Below, piece by piece: positions 10,379 through 22,234 of a DNA stretch of 64,000 nucleotides (its first letter is position 1; each line of letters opens with the position of its first letter). The DNA comes from Azolla caroliniana (taxonomy: Eukaryota > Plantae > Polypodiophyta): NCBI GenBank assembly GCA_043228905.1, contig JBHGNT010000012.1, forward strand, positions 7,192,001-7,256,000, written 5' to 3'. A program made the translations under genes and the position numbers. The notes beneath the pieces are model-generated. The model searched no databases. It was given only the letters and a program-made list of their open reading frames with translations, and had not been told where the DNA came from.

Positions 10379-13300
10379 CTAAACAGTATTTCGCTCCACT
10401 ACGTCTGGGCCCCTTGACCGAGTAACTGGTCTTGTTCCCGATCGTGGCCCCTTCTTCAGCCTTTTTCTGGTTGGTTCCCCATTTAGCCTTGCTTCTAGGA
10501 CCCAATGCGCAAGTGTGTCCTCCTCCGACAACCTTCCCATCGCCTCAGCAGCTAATTGCACATCAGCCGTTTCTTGAACTAGCTTTTGAAGTACAGAGGG
10601 ATCTGTTTGGACATTTTCAGTAGTTGGGCTCGGTGGGGTGGAATCAAGGTCTTGAGACTCGAAGAAATGTTGCATCAAGTGTTCATAAACACTGTTGTTG
10701 TGAACCTCAGTTTTACATGTTGTTTCCACTATTTCATGGCATTTCACATCGTTGCCTAATTCAGTACACTGTTCCAAAAGAATAGGGTGCAGCTGATCTG
10801 AAGGAGATGTGATAGCAGGACTCTTACTTTCAGCCACATTGGCAGTAGTATCCTCATCTGTTGCAGCATCATCAGCACCAGACACATCATGTGCCGTCCT
10901 TAATCCACAAGATTCTACAATAACATGACAGTTATTTAGGATAGCTAATTAGCTACTTTACTAAACTATGGTAGAAGCTAGGATAGCTAATTAGCTAGTA
11001 CGATAGCTAATTAGCTAGTATGATAGCTAATTAGGTACTTTACTCAACTATGGTAGTAGTTAGGATAGCTAATTAGGTACTTTACTCAACTATGGTAGTA
11101 GTTAGGATAGCTAATTAGGTACTTTACTCAACTATGGTAGTAGTTAGGATAGCTTATTAGCTACTAGGACAGCTAATTAGCTGCCAGTAGCTAATTAGCT
11201 ACTAGGATAGCTAATTAGCTGCCAGTAGCTAATTAGCTACTAGGATAGCTTATTAGCTACTTTACACAACTATGGCAGTAGCTACTAGGATAGCTAATTC
11301 GCTAGGATAGCTAATTCGCTAGTAGGATAGCTAATTAGTTGCCAGCAGCTAATTAGCTAGTAGGATAGCTAATTAGCTACTAGGATAGCTAATTAGTTGC
11401 CAGTAGCTAATTAGCTAGTAGGATAGCTAATTAGGTACTTTACTCAACTATGGTAGTAGCTAATTAGCTAGTAGGATAGCTAATTAGCTACTAGGATAGC
11501 TTATTAGCTACTTTACACAACTATGGCAGTAGCTAATTAGTTACTAGGATAGCTAATTAGTTGCCAGTGGCTAATTAGCTAGTAGGATACCTAATTAGCT
11601 TTTTTACACAACTATAGTACTAGCTAATTAGCTAGTACCATAGCTAATTACCTACTAGGATAGCTAATTAGCTAGTAGGATAGCTTATTAGCTACTTTAC
11701 ACAACTATAGTAGTAGCTAGGATAGCTAATTAGCTACTATGGTAGCTAATTAGCTACTTTACTCAACTATGGTAGTAGCTAGGATAGCTAATTAGCTACT
11801 TTACTAACTATGGTAGTAGCTAGGATAGCTAATTAGCTACTTTACTAACTATGGTGGTAGCTAGGATAGCTAATTAGCTACAATGAAAGCTAATTAGCTA
11901 CTTTCTCAACTATGTAGTAGCTAGGATAGCTTATTAGCTACTAGGACAGCTAATTAGCTGCCAGTAGCTAATTAGCTACTAGGATAGCTAATTAGCTACT
12001 AGGATAGCTTATTAGCTACTTTACACAACTATGTCAGTAGCTAATTAGCTACTATGATAGCTAATTAGCTAGTAGGATAGCTAATTAGCTAGTAGGATAG
12101 CTAATTAGTTGCCAGTAGCTAATTAGCTAGTAGGATAGCTAATTAGCTATTTTACACAACTATGCTACTAGCTAATTAGCTAGTACCATAGCTAACTAGC
12201 TACTAGGATAGCTTATTAGCTACTTTACACAACTATGTCAGTAGCTAATTAGCTACTATGATAGCTAATTAGCTAGTAGGATAGCTAATTAGTTGCCAGT
12301 AGCTAATTAGCTAGTAGGATAGCTAATTAGCTTTTTTACACAACTATGGTACTAGCTAATTAGCTAGTACCATAGCTAACTAGCTACTAGGATAGCTTAT
12401 TAGCTACTTTACACAACTATGGCAGTAGCTAATTAGTTACTAGGATAGCTAATTAGTTGCCAGTGGCTAATTAGCTAGTAGGATAGCTATTTAGCTTTTT
12501 TACACAACTATGGTACTAGCTAATTAGCTAGTACCATAGCTAATTAGCTACTAGGATAGCTAATTAGCTAGTAGCTCATTAGCTGCCAGTAGCTAATTAG
12601 CTAGTAGGATAGCTAATTAGAAAAGACTAAGCTTATTAGCTACAGTATGGTATACCTGTTTGTTTTCTCCACTCATTTGGTAGAGTTGTACTGCAATCTC
12701 CCAAATAGAATGCAGCAATTCGACAGGCATGTTGAAAACAAAGCAGATGGTATGTGTGGTTGCATGGTTGTAGGTGAACCAACAAAGACGCAGTTTTGTC
12801 CTCCACACCTAACCCGCAAGCGATGCAACGTGCTTGAACTGTCAATAAATCATTTTCTGGTTCTACTTCATTTGGTAAGGGAGCAAGAATGTTCAGGTCC
12901 AAATCCTGTCTGGTCCTTACCATTCCCTCCACAAAATGTAGCTTCTTCTTAAGGCAGCTAACTACCTGTTCTTGATGAATGTATTGTTCCTTCAACGCAA
13001 CAGAGAAATTTACCGATTAATTATTCTTGTTGTTGAAAGATACACCAACTTTGCTCAGGAATCGTTAACTTACTTGAAGCTTATCCAAATTGTAATCTGC
13101 AACAGTATTTACACCTAGAAGGTCCAGGTTCATTGAAAGAACCTGGATCTCTATTTGCAGTTCTATTTTACGCTGGGGATCCAGTGGCCCCTCTAATTCA
13201 AGCTCCTGTTGCGCAACCTATTCTAGATAATGCTTGATTAGCACATTTTACCCGTTATTTATAACACAATCACATACCAGCAAAACAATAGTTACCTGAA

Positions 13301-14277
13301 TCTTATTTCTAATTGTTGTAACAGCAGAAGTAACTTTGCTCTCCATTGCAGAAGCCATTGTGGCTTTCTCTAAATCAGTCTTAAAAAATGCCAATGTCTC
13401 ACAGGCTTCATGGACATTTTTTAGCATATAGCTAACCAATGTCTCACTTGTATCATCGACATTGGCTTTCCTTGGGTGTCGGTGTGGTGTATGCCCCCGG
13501 TCTTGCTGGGAGTCGGCAGTTGCATCAACAGCTGCCATGCTCCAAAATCTGTCTATTTTTTGTGCCAAGGTTCCCATCTTTCGGCATCTTTTTACCGATG
13601 CCTCACCATAGACTGCCCAAGCTACCCTATACATTTCAGGGTCTCTAGATTCCTTCGCTGTTTTGCAGTACTCATATGCAAATGCTCTAGCAAATGAAAC
13701 TGACAACTCATTGTTGACTGGGATCTCCTGATGAACTTTCTGGTGCAGTCTCATGCAGTCATCGTACAAGTCGGCTCGTACATGCTTCAGCTTGACCTTG
13801 CCTTTGACTCTAGGCACTGTATATACTGTCATCCAGTCTATATCACTGATCAATTTATCACTTAGGACAGCAGGGTCAACACCCTCGAGTGACAGACCAT
13901 AGGTGTTGTGGAAGTCCTCCTTTGTCTCGCAAAATTTTGCGAAGTTTAGCACTCTCGTATACGGAGGAACGAGCCATCTGAAATATCATTTCAGAAATCA
14001 GAAATAGTGCAAAATCAGAATATGTGAGAATCAAAAACCCCAATCAACAACAACAAAAATGGTGCAAAATCTTTAACTTAGCAAATCAGAAACCCTAATC
14101 ATAATTTGTAATCAAAATTTGTAACCAGAAACCCTATTCAAAAATTCTCATCAGAAATTTATAATCAAAAACCCTAATCAGAAATTTCAATCACAAACCC
14201 TAATCACTAAAGACAGGATTAAACACAAAAAAAGTAATATAAACACACCTGTTGCTACTCCCCGATTTGCGAGACAT
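10379..14277 (-). CDS. 5-exon cargo gene, about 574 aa: unknown N-terminal domain, coiled-coil, RING-H2-like finger, acidic tail with basic NLS-like end
   Basis: Exons 14277-14249, 13977-13296, 13217-13074, 12989-12656 and 10914-10379. All four introns are GT-AG and keep frame (phases 2,0,0,1; total 1725 nt). Finger CIAC..PCNHTYHLLC..DC. C-terminal RKRLKK. Confidence 0.75.
10938..12642. repeat. Second intronic array of palindrome TAGCTAATTAGCTA with several recurring spacer types
   Basis: Fills intron 10915-12655 of the minus-strand cargo gene. Spacers include ctagga, gccag and ctttac(t/a)caactatggtag. Confidence 0.95.
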
Positions 14278-14731
14278 CCTTGTATGGGACTCCAAGGACT
14301 TCGCCCTATTCGATTTTGGGGAAATATGAATCGGCACCAAAGTTTAGACAGTAGTCAAAAAGAAAAAACAAATGTTTGGGGTTTTTGTAACTGAAACATA
14401 CCTGGACGATGATCGAGCGGGTTCTGTGTTGTAGCTCTCAATGTGCAATGTCGATTTTTTGCTGTTGCGGGAGCTACGTCTGCGTTCGTGCTCTGAGTAC
14501 TCCATCTGCGTTCAAAATCAGACTTAGGCTAAACAGGAAATTGATGACATTGAAGTCGACCTTAGATGATGGTGATATTCCCCAAGTTCCACTACGTCTG
14601 AAACAGAAGTTCAAATATTTGAGTTTTTTCATAAATTAGTTTTTCAAATATTTGATTTTCCCACAAGAAAGACTAGCTAAACAAATAGCTAATTAGCTAT
14701 GGCCATTTTAGTAGCTAATTAGCTATAATAG

Positions 14732-14756
14732 TGTTTCCACTCGCATGCTTTTACCC
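14732..14756 (-). repeat. Right terminal inverted repeat
   Basis: TGTTTCCACTCGCATGCTTTTACCC followed by TSD CCAA. Confidence 0.95.
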
Positions 14757-15042
14757 CCAAAGGATAACGAATTTTCTTCTTAATATTAATTTTAATTTAA
14801 AGTACAAAGCTTTCTTTTTTTTTCCAAGAAAAATTCCCCCCCCATTGATCTTTTTCATTCCCTCTTTTATAGATGCCCTCATGCATTTGAGGGTTCAAGA
14901 CATCCATAAAATGCATGTTTGCCATTTGGCGCTCATGTATTACATGTGGTGCATGATAACCATGTCACTCATTTTAGCTCTCATGTATGAGAATTTATAT
15001 GTAAAAGTACAATGATAGAAATATAATTTTAACTAAATATCT

Positions 15043-15096
15043 TGGCTTAGTGGTAAGTCAACTGACTTCTAACTTGGAGGTGCAAGGTTTGAATCC
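15043..15096 (+). other. Second copy of tRNA-like A/B-box segment (in 5' LTR)
   Basis: TGGCTTAGTGG ... GGTTTGAATCC (one C>T change in the B box relative to 347-357). Confidence 0.5.
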
Positions 15097-16619
15097 TTAC
15101 TTTCCCTCCTTGTATATGTATATATGTATATATATTTATATATTTATTTATCTAGTCGCTGGATGTCGTTGCCGGATGCTGCCGGTTACCACCTCGCCAG
15201 CGCCGGATGCTGCCCCCGGTTATTGGTGGCCGCCGCCTCGCTGGTGCACCGCCGGATGTCGGTTCCACTGGCTCGCCAGCTCCGTCGGATCACCGGTTGC
15301 TAGTGTGCCACCATCGCTTTGCCGACTACCGGTGGCCAAAACCTTTACGAGTGCTAGGTCACCTCCACTCTTAGTTCAAGTTACCTTGAACTCTATATGC
15401 TCCACACATAGACACAAAGATAACAACTTTTGCTCTACCTTATATATGATGAGAGCCGTATTTGTCGTGCCTATGTGGGATATCTCACAATTTTCTCTTT
15501 TCCTTTCACAAACTTTATACCCTCATATTTTGACATCTAGTTGTCCGTTTCTCGTGTAATAAAGTGCATTCGAAAGCTCTTAAAGGCCTCCATCATTTTA
15601 TACTTAGATATTAAACTTATTTAAAATGTTATTTTCACTATTATTGTTTTATGTGATTCATACTCGATTTTGTATGTTTTATGTGATTTTCACACCATTG
15701 CCGAAAATCTTCACGACAGGGGTTTTCATTGGCATTATACGAGCTCTTCAACAGAGTTAGTCCGAAAAATTGATAAACGTTAAGAACAACCCTCTTTCAT
15801 GCATGTTGGAACAAAACCCTTCAATTCATCACGGCTTACAGTCTACCAGAATAACCTACCATTATTCTATCGATTTCCTAATGGATGAAGACATGACTGC
15901 ATGAGATGTTCCAAGTTTCTCCGCCGCATGAACCGCCCCACCGCTGAGGATTCTCATCAGAATTGTATTACTGCTTCCCAGAGAAGAACAGGTTTAACTG
16001 ATGTTGTTCAAACAAGTATAGAATATTTCAATGGGGTATAATATAGTGCTTGGTGTCATGGACTTTTAATTCATGGGAGGTAGTATGGGTTCCATTTTAG
16101 GTAAGAAGATCACTCGCTTAATTGAATATGCCACGGATAAGTCTTTGCTAATAATCATTGTCCGTGCTTTCGAAGGGGCACGTATGCAAGAAGGGACGTT
16201 GAGCCTAATGCAAATGGCCGAGATTTCCGTCGTGCCGGCCGTCAAGCCGTTCTACAGATCCATCAAGTTAAGAGAAGATTATTCTATATATCAGTTCCCA
16301 CCTATCTAACTACGAGTGGTGCTACTGAGTCCGAGGCATACATAGCATCTAATGGGAAAAGGGTAATTAAATAAACGTTACGTCAAAAGATATCGGAAAC
16401 TTATCCTTCAGGGTAGGCGAAGCGTCATCCGTGCAGTCCCGGGGAAGTACTGGACCAATGGGATTTCTAAAGGACCAATCCTAGTATAGGGTGGTAGAGA
16501 TTCCCATAGAGATCAATAAAAATGAGTTTTCTTTTGCAAAGCAAAAAGCACTAAGGGTCATATGATCATCTTATTGAGAAGAAAAGCAAAAAATTGGTGC
16601 ATCTTGTACTCCCAAGATG

Positions 16620-17212
16620 CGAAGTTGTTTCGATCCAACTTCTCGGTAGGGAGAGTGCTCCCCATTTGAGTATTCAGTATGTCGATTCTTCTTCTTCTTC
16701 TCTCTTCGAATGCAAGCTATGTAGCGAAGCTATGATAGCAATGAGCCGGTTCTTGGTTGTCGGCGTAGGACACAACGCACGCGGATGGGCTAGATCAAGC
16801 TACCAAGTCGCTCTGATACCATGTACAGAATCAAGAGATGGATTCTGTGCAGTGGAATAAATATGAGTTGTGTGTGTGTATGAGAGAGAGAGTGAGAGTG
16901 AGAGAGACAAGGAGTAAGACACAAAGAATACGCAAGTTAAAGTATATTAACAAAGGAGAAAGACTCGACCACATACAAGGTGGGAGGAGGGTGCTTTATA
17001 TAGTCACCCTCTCTCTTCATTAACTACAAGACTCATGGAGCATGGGGAATGTGAAAGCTCATAAGTTATGTGTCATAGAATATGATTCTATGATTCATAC
17101 TAAATGCTAGAATACAAAGTGGTGGAATAATGGTGACTCTTGACCGTTGGAGTGTCTATTCACTCTCAAGGTGAGTTCACACACTAGACCAAGTTGAGCT
17201 TGATTCTCAACA
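16620..17212 (-). mobile_element. Truncated copia-type element: 5' LTR (16822-17212), tRNA-iMet PBS (16810-16821) and leader remnant
   Basis: gctctgatacca directly abuts tgtacagaatcaag...cttgattctcaaca. Confidence 0.75.
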
Positions 17213-20200
17213 GGTCTATAGAGAGAAGCCCTATTTTGCATGAGGAAATAATGGTCGAGTGTATGTCTAGACTTCGTCCTCCTCAATTAAAAATAATCCC
17301 CCCTTCTCCCCGCGTCTCCCTCTCTTTTATAGCTTCAAGAAGGGAGCCGTTTCCCTCATTAACTTCCTACCTACCGAATCTAACTACCTAGGATATACCT
17401 TTGTACCTAATTCTCTATTATATACATTAAAGGGAGCGCACGCGTGAAGAGCTGGTTCGCGCGCGCTATGCACCGATTATGCTAAGGGGCGGTTTTCTTC
17501 ACGACATCCGCCCCCACCTAACCGCGCATCCACCGGTATGTGCCAAAATTGGGTTCTGGTTGGAGAAAACCGGACCGGGTTCCGGTTCCTTGTCCATCGG
17601 TTCGTCCTCCGTTTCGGACTTTTCGTCGTCGCTGTCCAGGCCTCTTAGATCCGGTTCACCGTCGTGGCACTTCTTGAACGCTTTGATCCGCTTCCCTCCT
17701 ACCGGTATCGCCATCCTCGTACCGTCGAGTTCCGCCAGGTGATACGTCCCGTTGTCATTGGCGCTCCTTACCACGTAAGGCCCGAACCACCGCTTTGCAA
17801 ACTTCCGTGTTGCCCGGTGCTGGTTGTCGAGGCTGCTGTCGTAGACTAGCACCCAGTCGCCTTCCTCGATTTTCTTTGGTCGGAGCCGGTGTGTTCGGTC
17901 GAACTGGGCTTTATTCCTCATCCTCGCCATCCGAAGTCTCTCCGCTACTCGTTCCACGTCCTCTGGCCTTCACTCGAGCTACCATATACACGCCACTAGC
18001 AGTTCTTCCTGGCTCATCTCGTCTCTCTAGTCCACTGTCGCCCAAGAGGAGATCGTCCGTTCCATCGGCATGATCGGCTTCTATCCGAACATGAGCTCTG
18101 ACGGCATGAACCCGGTTACCAAACTGTGCGTTATCCGGTCCGCCCACAAGGCATAAGGTAGCAGTCGTGGCCAGTTCCCGACCCGGCCTCCGCACGCCCG
18201 GACTAGCGCTTTGACGATCGGTCCGTGTCCGCGCTCCACCTTCCCGTTCGCCTCCGGATTGTACGCTGTGGTGAGCGAGAGCTTGACCCCTAACCGGTCG
18301 AACAACTCCTCGGCCTCTTCAGCATCCAACTCCCCGCGGTCAGCCACGATCTTCCCGACGCACCCGTACCGGCATATCACGTCCTCGATCAGGAACCGAC
18401 ACACGGCCGCGGTCGTTTTGTTCTGCAGGGCTCGGCCTTCCACCTGGTTCGTCAGGTCCTCCCGGGCCAGCACCAGATATCGCATCTGCCCTACGCCCAT
18501 CGACATCGTCACCAAATCTACCATCCATTTGAAGTGGATGGTCAGAGGGTATGTAGGGTGAAGCTCGTCCCGATGTCGGACTATGGAGTGTATCTGACAG
18601 CTCTCACAAATTTTCACGAACCGATGCACGTCCCGGTACAGTCCCGACCACCAGTACTTCCCCTTTAGTTTCTCGAACGTGGCCCACGTCCCACAGTGTC
18701 CAGCCCAGGGGCTGTCGTGGTAGGCCTTCAGCAACTCCTCCTGTTCCTCCTCCATCGCCACTACTCGGAGCGGGATGTCGTTTCTCTTCTTCGGGTGCGT
18801 CCACAAGTATTCATCCCGGACAAAGAATCGGTATGCTTTCTTCCGGATCCGGTTGGCCTCGTTCTTTGTCCGTGACGCGTCCGGCGTCATCGTCCTCAAG
18901 AATCCCCCAATCTACAGCCACTCCCTGTCGTACTTGCTCTCGTTGAAATCGTTAAGCGTCGGAGTGCTCCCCCCCTCGGTTGTCACGTAAGCCGCCTCGA
19001 AGAAGTCCACGCCGACTTCCTCGTCCTCCGAAACCATGACGCCCTCGTCGTCGAATCGCGCCCTCGAAAGCATGTCGGCCATGGCATTGTCTTTCCCGGA
19101 AATGTGTCGTATTTCCGGATCCAGGGACTTGATGTATGCTATCCACCTGAGCATTGCCAGGTCCGGGGTTGCGCATCCAGAAACCATGCCGAGAATCGGC
19201 AGGCAGTCCGTCTCGATAATCACCTCTGTCCCGATCAGATAGTCTTTATCGGCCTTCACCGCCGAAACGATACCCCAGAGTTCGCGTTTAACCTGGGCGT
19301 ATCCTCACTATCGCTCACTGAGGACCTTCGCGCCGAACCGGATTGGGAACCGAATGCCGTCCTCATCTTCTTGGTTGACGACCCATCTGATCCCGGTCGG
19401 ACTCGTATCTACCGTTATGTAGATGGGAGTGCCTTTCTCGTAGACAGCCTTCTGGAGTGCTGGAGATGCAGCAAGAGCCTCCTTCATCTTTCGGACCTAC
19501 TCCGTATGCTCGTCTCGCCACTCGAAACTTCGCCCCTTTTTCAGCAACCCGTATAGCGGCTCGGCAACGTGGGCGTATTGCGGGATTCATATGTGGTAGA
19601 ACGCGCATGCTCCCAAGAACCTCCGTACCTCCGTGACCGAGTTACAGTCGGGCTTCATTGCGGAGATGGCTTCCACCTTTGCCGGAGATGGTTTCCGGCC
19701 ATACGGTCCGCATAGATGTCTGACGACCATGATCTCTGATTGCCCGAAGGCCGATTTCTCCCCGGAGAAGGTGAGCCTCGCATCCTCTAGCCTCTGCAGC
19801 ACCCTCTCGCAGTCGTCAATGTGTGTCGCCACGAATTTCCGGCATCCGTCCGGTCCGATTGTTTCGTCCTTTTTCTCAACTGGACATCCCTTGATCGAGA
19901 TGTCGTCCAAGAATGGCATGGTGATGTCCGGGATACAATCCCTCAGCACCTTGTTCATCGCATTCACCATGTGGGCCACCGAGTTCATCCCTCCTTGTGG
20001 AAGGGTACACATCCGCACTAGGCCGAGAGGAGTCCGCATCGTCGTAATGTCTCTACTCTCCACGGCTAGTTGGAACTGATCGTACCCCGAGTACAGATCA
20101 CCGACCGAGTAGATCGACCTTCCGGCGAAGGCCTCCGCGAACTCGTCTATCGTTGGTCCGATTCCTGCGTTCCGAATGGTCACTCTGTTGACCGGTTGCA

Positions 20201-20520
20201 GGTCTTGAATGAAGCGCAACGTCCCGTTCTTCTTCGGTACGGTAAACCACCGGTTCGAGTACGGGGCACTCGACGGTTCGAGGATGCCCATATCGACTTT
20301 CTGCCTCAACAGCTCCATCAGCTCCGGGATGTGAGCTCTCGTTATCGGAATTGGTTTGAGATTCCACGGCACATGCGGTACCGTGAATATTACCATCGGC
20401 TTGACGACTGTCGGGTCTACGCACCCGATCTCTTCCGGTGAGAATTCGAAGGCTTTCCCGTGCCTTTTGAGCATTCTCCGAAACCGGTCTTCTTCCGCCG
20501 ACAGTAGGAACCCGCCCCCA
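17213..20520 (-). pseudogene. pol: Ty3/gypsy 3' half: RT (19587-20520), RNase H (18912-19400), integrase (17499-18899), PPT and partial 3' LTR (17213-17506); in-frame stops
   Basis: PYSNRWFTVPKKNG..QDL, LPQG, FLDD; IETDCLP; H-H-C-C zinc motif, VDLV/ADRGE/GKVER. RT-RH-INT order. PPT GGTGGGGGCGGA before LTR start TGTCGTGAAGA. Confidence 0.9.
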
Positions 20521-21018
20521 CCAATTATTTTTATCAAGTTTTTCTGTAACTATTTGACTTCCATTCTCAATGGTCATCTCTATTTTAATTTTAGGGCTTT
20601 AGTTGTGACTAGGCTCAACAAACAACTCTGATTCAGATCAACAAACAGAGTAATATTCTCAGATCTGTTATATTCTTCTCTAACGATAGTTATGCACTAA
20701 TACCATGTTAAGAATGCGCTATGGCTATTCTTTGTGCAACAACGGACACGTGAAGGGTAGGATCATTTAGGGTTCAAGAGAGAAGGAAAGGGGGAGGAGT
20801 CTCACCTCTGTGGCAGCCCAAAAACCTTCTGTTTCATTATTTTGAAAAAACTCTCTCATCTGTCTATATATTTTTCCTCTCACTCTCTTTTTTACCTAAG
20901 TATTGTTAGTGACTTACATATTGAATTTCAATTATTTAGTTGTTCATAGCTAAATAGTTGTTCATAGCAAAATAGTAGTTAATTTCCTAATAGCTTTTGT
21001 TGAGCTTGTTTCTCAATA
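20521..21018 (-). mobile_element. Old copia remnant: LTR 20706-21018, degenerate Met PBS, first codons of gag
   Basis: TGGTATTAGTGC next to the LTR. MTIENGSQIVTEKLDKNN resembles a copia gag N-terminus. Confidence 0.6.
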
Positions 21019-21739
21019 GATACTACGTCACGTTCATCGACGACTTCTCCAGGCATACCTAGATTTATCCTATGTGTCAAAAGAGTGAAGTGTTCTCACA
21101 CTTCCAAAAATTTAAAAATGAAGTCGAAAAGGCAACCGGTCGACATGTACAATGACTTCGATCGGACAGAGGCAAAGAGTACCTCTCTGACACCTTCATA
21201 GCATACCTTCGACAAGAAGGAATTCGGTAGGAGTTTACCTACCAACACACAGCTCAACAGAATGGAGTAGCTGAACGAAAGAATCGGCACATATTAGAGG
21301 TAGCAAGGGCAATGATGAACGAAAAGAACCTACCAAAGCCGTACTGCTCTAAAGCAGCAAACACAACCATTTATCTAATGAATAAGTCTAAAACATCTGG
21401 AGTACACGATGTCACACTCCATGAGAAGTTTATTGGGAAGAAGCCGAATTTATCCCACGTCACGGTATTTGGTTCGATTGGTTATGTACATATTCCCTAT
21501 GAGAAGTGACAGAAGCTCAATCCCAAGTTGGAGAAATGTATCCTCGTAGGGTACTCACTCAAACAAAAGGGGTACAAGTGTTATAATCCATCTACCCGAA
21601 AAGTTCGAGTGAGTCGCGACGTCATTTTCAACAAGTCAACATCTTGGTTCGAATCAGAGACGACGTCGACTCCAATCCTAGTTGACCCAAATTCGGCCAA
21701 CCGTGAGATAGAAGCCGATAGTCGACTAAAGCATATATC
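21019..21739 (+). pseudogene. pol: Degenerate copia integrase, left part of an element split by the gypsy at 21740
   Basis: YYVTFIDDFSR, NGVAERKNRH, FGSIGYVHIP, KCILVGYS..KGYKCYNP..SRDVIF. Confidence 0.85.
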
Positions 21740-22234
21740 TGTTAACCGTTTCTGGGGAAACACCTTCGATGAGCCCACAGGCTATCGGTGTCAAGGGATC
21801 GTGTTACGTGGGAGCCTCCTCTTCACGGAGGAGAAGAAAAGAAAAGAGAACGAGGAGCGTACACGGGCTACAACCCGTTAGGCATAAACATAGCTTGATT
21901 TACGAGTATGGGGAGAATACACAAAGAAAATATTAGAAAACGAAACTTATATTAAACGATAGAGCTCCCAGTGAGTACAGTACTTGGCTCTTCAGCCAGA
22001 AACAGTTAGTGCAGAGCTTGCTGCTAGGATATTACTCTCGCTAAGAATGATCTAGATAAAAATCCCCCCTTGAGGTATGCATAACTCGGGTTATATAGTT
22101 TTCCCCTTCAGACAGAGCCAAGCCATCAGCTGATTGTGAGGGCTAAAACACGGCATACTCTTACCTATTTCCTCACCTACTCTTCTAACGGCGAGTTTAC
22201 ATAATATATTTATATTTCTGGCCTATGGACAACA
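21740..22234 (-). repeat. 3' LTR of gypsy element
   Basis: High identity to 47264-47715; TG...CA ends. Confidence 0.85.

Larger units (their letters stand above)
3512..14756 (+). mobile_element. 11.2-kb Sola-type (Sola2-like) DNA transposon with cargo genes
   Basis: 25-bp TIRs with 1 mismatch. 4-bp TSD CCAA (3508-3511 / 14757-14760). Empty site ATCATCCAAAGGATAA visible at positions 15-30. DDD transposase inside. Confidence 0.9.
1..15718 (-). mobile_element. Non-autonomous (gag-only) Ty3/gypsy-type LTR retrotransposon; 3' LTR runs off the window start; 5' LTR interrupted by a DNA transposon
   Basis: Direct repeats 1-992 and 3489-3511+14757-15718. LTR termini TGTCGTGAAGA...TCTTCACGACA. PBS at 3287-3303, PPT at 993-1009. 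The 2.3-kb interior holds only a gag-like ORF and no pol. Confidence 0.85.
3312..15718 (-). repeat. 5' LTR, split into 3312-3511 and 14757-15718 by the DNA transposon
   Basis: Starts tgtcgtgaagat (3312) and ends tcttcacgaca (15718). The sequence on both sides of the insertion rejoins to match positions 1-992. Confidence 0.85.

Noticed and set aside
5735-12642. CRISPR-like appearance of palindrome-plus-spacer arrays
   Set aside because: Spacers are short and recurrent rather than unique, there are no cas genes, the context is eukaryotic, and both arrays are intronic.
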